From Mitosporidium daphniae (Eukaryota): a stretch of DNA of 38,170 nt. Below the pieces are notes generated by a model. It did no database searches, was not told the DNA's origin, and saw only the letters and a program-made list of their open reading frames with translations. Position 1 is the stretch's first letter; each line of letters starts with the position of its first letter. This document shows, in pieces, positions 30,407 to 38,170 of the stretch. Location of the stretch: positions 1 through 38,170 of the forward strand of contig NW_013546378.1 of NCBI RefSeq assembly GCF_000760515.2. Direction: 5' to 3'. The position numbers and the translations under genes are program-made.

Positions 30407-32275
30407 CTATGACTCGAGGAAAAAGTAGTTTCCCGAATATTTCTGCTCCCTGTCCTTGACAGAGTCAAGCTTGTTGATTCGCGGCCTCATGTTTGTCGGG
30501 TCTCTTCGAAACGTAATATTCAGCGACTCCAAAAACATATTCATGCCATTGAGCATGGACAACGGAGACGAAGCAGTGGTGTTGACGGCCGGTGTTCCCG
30601 AATACACCACTACGCGATCGGCCAAATAGGTTGCCATGATAAAGTCATGTTCCACCACGAAAGCAGTGTTTTTCGAATGCAGAATATATCGCTTGATCAC
30701 TTTTGCCGCAATAATACGCTGCTCCGAATCCAAATACGCTGACGGCTCGTCAATCAAATACAAATCGGCCGGGGTGCCCAAACATAGGGCAAGCGCAACA
30801 CGTTGCAACTCACCGCCAGAAAGGGTTTTCACATCCAAGTCAAGCAAAGCGTCCAGCTGCAGAGGCCGCACAACGTCTGTTTGAAATTGCGGATGCATAT
30901 AGAGAGACTTGATGCGCTCAATAAACAGCGTTCTTACCGTTCCGGGCCAGTTAGGAGTATACTGTTGTGGCTTATAAGAGACCGAAAGCTGAGGCAATGA
31001 GGGCGAAATGCCATCAATCGGATCCGGCTTTAAAAGGCCGGCAAGCATCCTTATGAAGGTTGTCTTTCCCGTACCATTTTCACCCAACAGCACCAGAATC
31101 TCAGAATCAGAAAAAGAGCCCGGTTTGACATTCAATGTGAAGCCTTGTAGCGTTTTCTTCATCTCTGGATAATCGTATTTCCGGGTGTGTTTAATTTCAT
31201 CTGCCGTGGGGTCGGCACTTTCAACCATCCTAAATGTCAGAGACTCATCCCTGAAACGAAGATTTTCCGTCGGAATAACGCCATCTAGAAAGACATTGAT
31301 GCCCTCCCTCACGGAATAAGGAAGCGTCACGACACCATAAATTCCGGGTTTTCCATACAGGACGCACACAAAGTCGGAAAGGTAATCCAACACACTCAAG
31401 TCATGCTCCACCACAATCACATAAACTTCGGGTGACAACAGAGACCTGATGGCTCGAGCAGCGGCCAAACGCTGCTTTACATCGAGATATGAGGAGGGCT
31501 CATCGAACATATAAATGTCTGCCTTTCGGATGCATGCTGCGGCTATGGCAAATCTTTGCAATTCACCTCCAGACAAACTAGCAATTTCATTTTCCATTAC
31601 CGCACCAAGATCCAAAATCTCCACCATTTCCTTCAAAGCACCTCGATCATCACAGCGCTCAAGCATTGATCTAACGGTAGCTCCTTTCGCGGATGGAGTT
31701 CGTTTAAGAACGTCCACAAACTGTGGCTTTATCACCGCCTTCAAGTTATCTTCTAAAAGACGCGTGAAAAAGTTTTGCAATTCGGAGCCACGGAAATAGG
31801 CCAGGATTTCTGACCAGTCTGGTGGATTTTCAAACCGGCCCAAATTTGGCTTCAGCTTGTTGGCCAAGATTTTCAAAGCAGTAGACTTTCCAATACCGTT
31901 CGTGCCAACCAGACCGAGAACCTGCCCCGGTCGAGGGGTCGGCAATCGATGCAGCTTGAATGAATTTGCAGAGTAACGATGAGTGGTATCCTTGGAGAGA
32001 TTGGTCGGCAGATTGATGATGGTGATTGCCTCAAATGGGCACTTCTTTACACAAATACCGCATCCAATGCAGAGCTCTTCAGAGATCGCCGCAATTTTCG
32101 ACTCCGGAGTAACTTGGATACATAGCTTCCCCATACGGTTCACGGGGCATCCCTTTTTGCACTCTTGCCTGCACTTTTTTGGCTTGCACTTGTCTTCGCT
32201 GACAATTGCAATCCGCGTAAGTTTGTCGGACGTTGACAAGGTGGAGGTGGAGGAAAAGGGTGAAAATGAGGCCAT
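30407..32275 (-). CDS. RLI1: ABCE1/Rli1 Fe-S ABC ATPase (ribosome recycling)
   Basis: [28 protein letters not shown], two ABC domains ([26 protein letters not shown]). ATG 32275; intronless. Confidence 0.98.
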   Translation of the reverse strand: MASFSPFSSTSTLSTSDKLTRIAIVSEDKCKPKKCRQECKKGCPVNRMGKLCIQVTPESKIAAISEELCIGCGICVKKCPFEAITIINLPTNLSKDTTHRYSANSFKLHRLPTPRPGQVLGLVGTNGIGKSTALKILANKLKPNLGRFENPPDWSEILAYFRGSELQNFFTRLLEDNLKAVIKPQFVDVLKRTPSAKGATVRSMLERCDDRGALKEMVEILDLGAVMENEIASLSGGELQRFAIAAACIRKADIYMFDEPSSYLDVKQRLAAARAIRSLLSPEVYVIVVEHDLSVLDYLSDFVCVLYGKPGIYGVVTLPYSVREGINVFLDGVIPTENLRFRDESLTFRMVESADPTADEIKHTRKYDYPEMKKTLQGFTLNVKPGSFSDSEILVLLGENGTGKTTFIRMLAGLLKPDPIDGISPSLPQLSVSYKPQQYTPNWPGTVRTLFIERIKSLYMHPQFQTDVVRPLQLDALLDLDVKTLSGGELQRVALALCLGTPADLYLIDEPSAYLDSEQRIIAAKVIKRYILHSKNTAFVVEHDFIMATYLADRVVVYSGTPAVNTTASSPLSMLNGMNMFLESLNITFRRDPTNMRPRINKLDSVKDREQKYSGNYFFLES

Positions 32276-32452
32276 TAGTAAAGAGGAGGGGAGGGGAGGG
32301 GCGGGGGTAGGGACAAAATAAAACAATAAATTTGAAGGCCCTATCGGCTAAATTGCAATTTGTAAGTTTAGATATTAATTTTTAAGCTAACTTTTGCAAA
32401 GCTTAACGTGCTCCCTCATATTTAATGGTTTGGCAACATCCACTCCCACATC

Positions 32453-33192
32453 ATGGCAAGACATTTGCGTCTTCGGGATTGGAAAATGAGCACTGTTCGC
32501 TTCTTCTTCATGTTGATTAACTTTCTGACGCTAATGTCGGGCGTCTCCCTTTTAGCCATCGCAATCTTTGGTATGTCTTCGCAGGCTAGAACAACCTCAA
32601 TATATTCGACCGGGGTTCCTCTCGGCATATTTATCCTCTCGCTTTACTTGCTTACAATTTCAATTATGGGGTTCTATGGAACAAGAAAGGAAAGGATCAA
32701 TACCCTCCGTGTGTACATGGCGCTGGTTGTGATTGCGTTTGTTGTTCAATTGGCATTGGGTGCAGTTGCTCTGGGGCGTGTTGCAGATATGGAATCGGCC
32801 ATGTTCGACGCTTGGCAAGAGGTTTGTGCTGGTTTTTACCTTAGGCCTATCAATCTCATCCAGATATCATTGAGCGGGTGGAAAAGGTCTTCAGCTGCTG
32901 TGGATTTTCTTCGTTGATTGACAGAGCGGTTCCCTCCGACTGCTCCATTTCAGAAGAATTTGGCTTCCTAGTGCCATGCAAAGATAAAGTCATCGCGGCA
33001 GGAAACAGATCTTTGCAAGTGACAGGGGTTTCTCTGATTTCGATTGGGATTATTGAGGCAGCCGCAGTGTTCGTATCCCTTCTGCTCTATTGGAACTGGC
33101 CAGACGAGGAGGAAGGATATGGCTCAGATGAAGCTACTCGCAGGCTCGTCAATCCAGAGCATTTGAGTGCCCACGTTATTTCAAAGGCCTAG
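32453..33192 (+). CDS. Tetraspanin
   Basis: Exons 32453-32821 and 32845-33192 (23-nt intron). Four TM segments; VEKVFSCCGF and later Cys (PSDC, PCKD). Confidence 0.85.
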
Positions 33193-33430
33193 TGTAGAAG
33201 GCCCGGAAACCTCGATTCAAATAAATGGATGGCGTAGTGTAGTGTTGCACCAAACTTATTAAAGACCCGGCTTAACGGGCATATCTTGACATCATGCGCC
33301 GGAACAATCCGACATGCTTAAGTGAAATAATGTACAAGGGGGGGGGGGTAATGTGTGATTGAAAAGAACGACATTGTTACATTGAGAGAACCTCGTGTGC
33401 ATAGAAATTTGGAGCGGTTCGCAGAGAATT

Positions 33431-33898
33431 TTATTCGATGCTGCTCGGCTGGAGCTGAGCTCCTGGGTTTCCTAATGTCTCAACCTCCATACTCATATAT
33501 GCATCAATATCGGCATCAAGCCTTTCTTTTGCAATACCTGGATCCTTCATCATAAATGTATCAATCGCGGCATCTAGCGAAGCAGCAGTGGGGGCGGCAG
33601 GCTTTTTCTTCCATTTGTTATTGCGCTTTGGGCCCCTGTTTGAGGACTTTCCTTTTTGGCTGAGCGTAGCCTTTTTGATGCCTGTTGCCATCGGTGTATG
33701 ATTGGGTTTAGATTTCAGCTGTGAAAATCTGGATGAAAGGGACGCGGGAGAAGTTGATGCAGACTTTGATAGCGTAACAACTCTATTAGAGGCAGAGGGT
33801 ATTTTGTTCTTTGATTCCTTTTCGCTGACGATCGACATTTGATGAGGAGACGATTTTTTGCTGCTGGAAGAAAACGAAACGCGACGACTGGAAACCAT
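33431..33898 (-). CDS. CHTOP/FoP-like mRNA export adaptor with duplicated C-terminal UAP56-binding-type motif
   Basis: Basic low-complexity body, LSSRFSQL, then TAASLDAAIDTFM and KERLDADIDAYMS. Confidence 0.75.
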   Translation of the reverse strand: MVSSRRVSFSSSSKKSSPHQMSIVSEKESKNKIPSASNRVVTLSKSASTSPASLSSRFSQLKSKPNHTPMATGIKKATLSQKGKSSNRGPKRNNKWKKKPAAPTAASLDAAIDTFMMKDPGIAKERLDADIDAYMSMEVETLGNPGAQLQPSSIE

Positions 33899-33968
33899 GA
33901 ATTAAAATTACAAAATAAACTAAAAACAAATTGCAAGAATTCAAGTTTGAAAATTTAAAATTTTAATT

Positions 33969-35500
33969 ATGAATCAAAAGGAGCAGTCACAAACTCATGG
34001 GGCTATCGCTGCCCCCCCTGAAGCTTCAAGTGTTGTCAAGCTTCCGCATATCAAGCCCGGAGAACTTCCATGCAGCTTGAAAGATCTAGACCCCTTGATA
34101 CCAGAGATTATCCAAAGACAAGCCACCATTAATTTGGGTTTGTTTTCCTTTCCTTATCTCCGTAGGCACAATTGGACATGTCGCGCATGGCAAAAGCACC
34201 GTTGTGAAGGCGATTTCGGGCGTACAAACTGTACGTTTTAAAAACGAGCTTGAAAGAAATATCACAATCAAGCTTGGATATGCCAACGCCAAAATATTCA
34301 AATGTACAAATCCAGAATGCCCAGATCCAGATTGCTACCGCTCCTATAAATCGGATAAGGAGCCCTCCCCGGTATGTCCAAGACCAGGCTGTGACGGTGT
34401 TCTCAACCTAATAAGGCATGTGTCCTTTGTCGATTGTCCCGGACATGATATCCTGATGGCGACAATGCTCAACGGAGCGGCGGTCATGGATGCAGCCATG
34501 CTTCTCATCGCTGCGAACGAGTCATGCCCCCAGCCGCAAACGGCCGAACATCTTGCCGCCATCGAAATTATGAAGCTCCGTGATCTCATTATTTTGCAAA
34601 ACAAGATCGATCTTGTGAAGGAAACCATGGCGGAGGAGCAATACGAGTCAATCAAGCGTTTTGCAGCCGGAACGGTTGCAGAGCAGGCCCCAATCATTCC
34701 TATCTCTGGACAGCTAAAATATAACATGGAGGCTGTGTGCGAGGCCATTGCGAACACCATTCCTGTCCCAAAAAGAGACTTCACAGCCGATCCCAAAATG
34801 ATCGTCATCCGGTCGTTTGATGTTAACAAGCCTGGTGCTGATATTGAAGAGCTTAAGGGCGGTGTTGCTGGAGGTTCCATTCTCTGCGGCGTTCTCAAGG
34901 TCGGCGATGAGATTGAGGTGCGTCCCGGAATCATCTCCAAAGATGCAGAGGGACGCATCCGATGCCGGCCAATTTATTCTCGAATCCTCTCCCTATTTGC
35001 CGAAAATAACGATCTTCAGTTCGCTATTTCAGGTGGGCTGATCGGAGTTGGCACCTTGATGGATCCAAAGTTGTGTCGAGCTGATTATCTTGTGGGGCAG
35101 GTTCTAGGGCTGCGCGGCAGACTTCCTGACGTGTATGTCGAGCTTGAAATCCAGCATTTCTTGCTGAGAAGGCTTCTTGGGGTAAAGAGCGACTCTGAAA
35201 AATCAAACAAGGTACCTGCTATTCCCCTTACTCCCTTGTCTTAGATTTCAAAATTGGAAAAAAACGAGTTCCTAACGGTTAATGTCGGATCAACTTCGAC
35301 AGGATGCCGCATTATTTCAACGAAAAAAGAAAGTACCCGTATCCTGCTCAACCAACCCGTGTGCACGGAAATCGGAGAAAAGGTAGCACTTTCTCGCCGC
35401 ATTGATAATCATTGGAGGTATACACATTATCGCTTATTATAGACTGATCGGATGGGGACAGATCATTAAGGGCGTTTCCATTGAACCGCTACAGGATTAA
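33969..35500 (+). CDS. GCD11: Translation initiation factor eIF2 gamma subunit
   Basis: Introns 34138-34165, 35212-35244, 35418-35442. [54 protein letters not shown]. Confidence 0.97.
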
Positions 35501-35646
35501 GTTCTAACAAATAAACTTATTTTGACTCGAAAATATCCATCAGACATTTCGGATCATCAGAATTATGTGTGCACAACGGTGAGTTAAAAATATTTACAAA
35601 GTGGAGACCTGGGCGAGAATAACACTGGTTACTTTTCTATTTATTT

Positions 35647-36147
35647 TTATTTGGGGTCAGTAATTTCTTTAGAACCAGTTTTAGCGTCTTTAGGAGGAAC
35701 AGGTTTACCAGTATTAGGTTTCAACGCTTCAATTAATCCCAAAATTGGAGCCAAATATTTGGGGTTGACAGGGCTTCCATGAACCAATAGTGCCATTATG
35801 GCATGTATCGAAAGCATTATTATTGGGCTAAGTGTAAACATTGCTGCAGTAATCGGATTCAAAAGTTCATCTTTAAACGGTTTAGCATCTGCATTCCTGC
35901 TTTTAAAGAAGAGTACGACAGATTCTACGATAGCGGTGAAAATAAAGTAGACTAAAAAAGACCAAAGAATGGCAGTTGAAAGAGAAAGCTTTTCATAGTC
36001 AGCGACTGAAATCGGAAATCCCATGTTCGTTTTTATCCCGCTACCTAGATATGTGTACCTTATATAGATATTGTGTTCATCCTGATAGGTAGCCACATTA
36101 ACAAATTCCAATGAAAGACTGGTTTCATTGGAGTGCTTCCAATCCAC
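35647..36147 (-). CDS. Hypothetical two-TM membrane protein, 5' end unresolved
   Basis: 166-codon open frame with two hydrophobic segments and AATAAA overlapping the stop. No ATG at the ORF start. Confidence 0.4.
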   Translation of the reverse strand: MDWKHSNETSLSLEFVNVATYQDEHNIYIRYTYLGSGIKTNMGFPISVADYEKLSLSTAILWSFLVYFIFTAIVESVVLFFKSRNADAKPFKDELLNPITAAMFTLSPIIMLSIHAIMALLVHGSPVNPKYLAPILGLIEALKPNTGKPVPPKDAKTGSKEITDPK

Positions 36148-36198
36148 TCAAAAAATTTAAAAGTTAAGGCTAAATTTTAATTGCATTACTTTTTTGGA

Positions 36199-37158
36199 AT
36201 GTTTGCCAGTGAAGAGGAAGCTTACCCGATGCAGTATGACGCTCTTCATGTGATAACAATCTAGCGAGACGCAGTCCACTTGGAATGAGAGACCGGAATT
36301 TGATTCTCCAATTGAAGACGAAGGTGAGATGGCGGAAAGCCGGAAGAACGAATCCACCTCCACTGGACCGATTTCGAATGTGTTGGGTATCTTTGGTCTC
36401 TCCATGTATACCACGGAGAAAACTCTTCAAGAAATCTACGAGCCATATGGTAATGTCGAATCTGTCAAGCTCATTTATGACCGCGACAGCAGACGCTCAC
36501 GTGGGTTCGGATTTGTAACATTTGTAAATGAGGCGTCGGCCGAAAAGGCCCTTGCCTCTACCAACGGAATGGTATGAAATTTTCCCTTTAACTGGAAAAG
36601 GAATTGGATGGAAGACCAATTCGAGTCGATTACTCGCGTACCCGTGGCCCGCACGACCCGACGCCTGGACGCTACATGGGCAAGCCGACAAGGTATCATT
36701 CTGCGTCTCCTCTTAGCTCTAGTCGCCAACCCAGACCGCCACACCGGGGCTCCTACTATGGGGGCGATGATAGAAGACATAGCCGCAGTCCGTATTACGA
36801 CGATCGTGCAATGTCGTCATACTCCAGAAGAGATGATCGTGGTCCATATTACAATAGTGGATCTCGAGGGGCCGTTGACGACCGCTACTATTCTCGCCCA
36901 TCATCCTCGTATCGCTCAGAGTATCCTCGAGACTATTCCCGAGAATATCCGCGAGACTATTCAAGGGAATACTCAAAGGACTACAGAGACCACTACTCGA
37001 GGGATGCTCGCCGCGACGCTACCTATCATCCAAGGCGAGGTGCATTTCACCAAGACCAAGACCGCCCCGGTGATGCAAATTCACGTCAGGGTGCTTACGA
37101 TGACTACCCCAGACAGTCGCGACTTCCCAGAACCGATCGATCACTATCTCCTTGCTGA
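36199..37158 (+). CDS. TRA2: Transformer-2-like SR splicing factor (RRM plus RS/RD-rich tail)
   Basis: Introns 36234-36264 and 36572-36600. [54 protein letters not shown] (Tra2 linker signature). Confidence 0.92.
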
Positions 37159-37349
37159 AATGATTTAATGTGAAAACAAGATCATCAACCGACATCATAG
37201 TAAATCAATCGAATCCCAATTCAAAAGATAGAAAAGTAGACCCATATCAGGCTAAAGGTCCCTTTCCGCAGGCATCTTTGCGCCATTTTCGAAAGACTTA
37301 CCACATTCTGGAATGATGGGCACCCTTTTCCCATCGAGGGGAGGATCTT

Positions 37350-37877
37350 CTATGGAAGCCTCTTCTCGAGGGCTAATGAATGCCTTTTTGCAAGTGCCTG
37401 AGCTCCCAACAAGACGGGGGTGTAGGGACGAATTGTTTCCGAGCCAGCCTACTTGCGGATACTTGTCCCGATAAAATGAGAGCCATCCTTGCAGGTTCTA
37501 TTTATGAATTGAGACCCTCGAACCTTCAATTCCTTATCGCTGCACATGGTTAGAAAATGATCGATTTCCTCGATCGTTCTGGTGCACTCGAGATTCATTC
37601 TATTGGTGGCAAAGAGGCAAGTACAATCCTTCCCCGAAAATATCTTATAACTACCATCAGGGTCAGAATAGAGCTCTCTAGCAGAGTTTACATCGAAAAT
37701 GTGCTTGCTATGTCGTCAATATAATGATGCGTACGCAATTGAAACATAAATTGAAGGGTGTCCGTCGAGGCCGCGATACTTTTCCAATTCTTCAATGTCC
37801 ATATTTCTGATTTCGCATGCGATCGCATTGCTCGCCATGGTCAGCATCAAGATACATAGGAACCTTTTGATGGCCAT
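37350..37877 (-). CDS. Secreted MAPR-family cytochrome b5-like heme/steroid-binding protein (not in the ORF track)
   Basis: ATG 37877 with a signal peptide; two short introns give EELEKYRGLDGHPSIYVSIAKHIFDVNSARELYSDPDGSYKIFSGKDCT...LQGWLSFYRDKYPQVGWL. An extra intron could extend the end to 37252. Confidence 0.82.
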
Positions 37878-38170
37878 TTGATAACCTATCAAGTTGCTCT
37901 TTAAATTGAAATTTATAAATTTGTATCACAATGTATTCAAGCTCACGCGGTATTTAATCTCAACGATATTTCGCAAAATAATCAGCTTAAATCGGTGAAT
38001 TGGAAAGAAACACTCGTATAGAAAAAAAAGTATTCCATAGCCTTTTCATAATGCCTTAACAGGCAGGCTAATAGACCATGACAAGATCGACCTTTAGATG
38101 ATGGCCTTCGATCTTGAAAAGGGGACCTTATATATGGCCCTGACCCCCGCAAAGTCCTCAGACGGCGGTA

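Noticed and set aside
36608..37168. 186-aa alternative-frame ORF over TRA2
   Set aside because: A by-product of the repetitive RS/RD-coding sequence; the 36604 frame carries the Tra2 signature.
38094..38170. 3' end of a further minus-strand gene (...VRAIYKVPFSRSKAII*)
   Set aside because: Too short and truncated by the window edge to identify.

Overview
A very compact, intron-rich eukaryotic region. The gene content is fungal-like (DASH subunit Spc19, Svf1, Rrg7, Sec24, Ada3), intergenic gaps are mostly tens to a few hundred bp, and AT-rich AAATTT-like tracts sit directly before many ATGs. This fits a rozellid or early-branching microsporidian relative such as Mitosporidium or Paramicrosporidium (inference, not verified). 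By hand-splicing I reconstruct about 24 genes: SPB1, a membrane-anchored subtilase, RPA190, NSE2/MMS21, a glutaredoxin, a CABLES-like cyclin, SVF1, a secreted ricin-B lectin plus a decayed tandem paralog, SEC24, ADA3, SPC19, RPC25, a possible TTI2, RRG7, OXR1, two tetraspanins, RLI1, a CHTOP/FoP-like protein, eIF2-gamma, TRA2, a MAPR cytochrome-b5-like protein and some unknowns. Of about 47 inferred introns, all but three are 23-34 nt with very degenerate donors, suggesting length-based intron definition. Two exceptions (RPA190 66 nt, NSE2 55 nt) are back-to-back pairs of normal-sized GT..TAG mini-introns joined by a zero-nucleotide exon (TAG|GT), a candidate recursive-splicing system. The third (147 nt, RPA190) may host a box C/D RNA. 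Telomere-type TTAGGG/CCCTAA motifs cluster upstream of genes, and one 30-nt SPC19 intron is built from them. All introns are inferred from reading-frame and family-motif continuity, not from transcript data.
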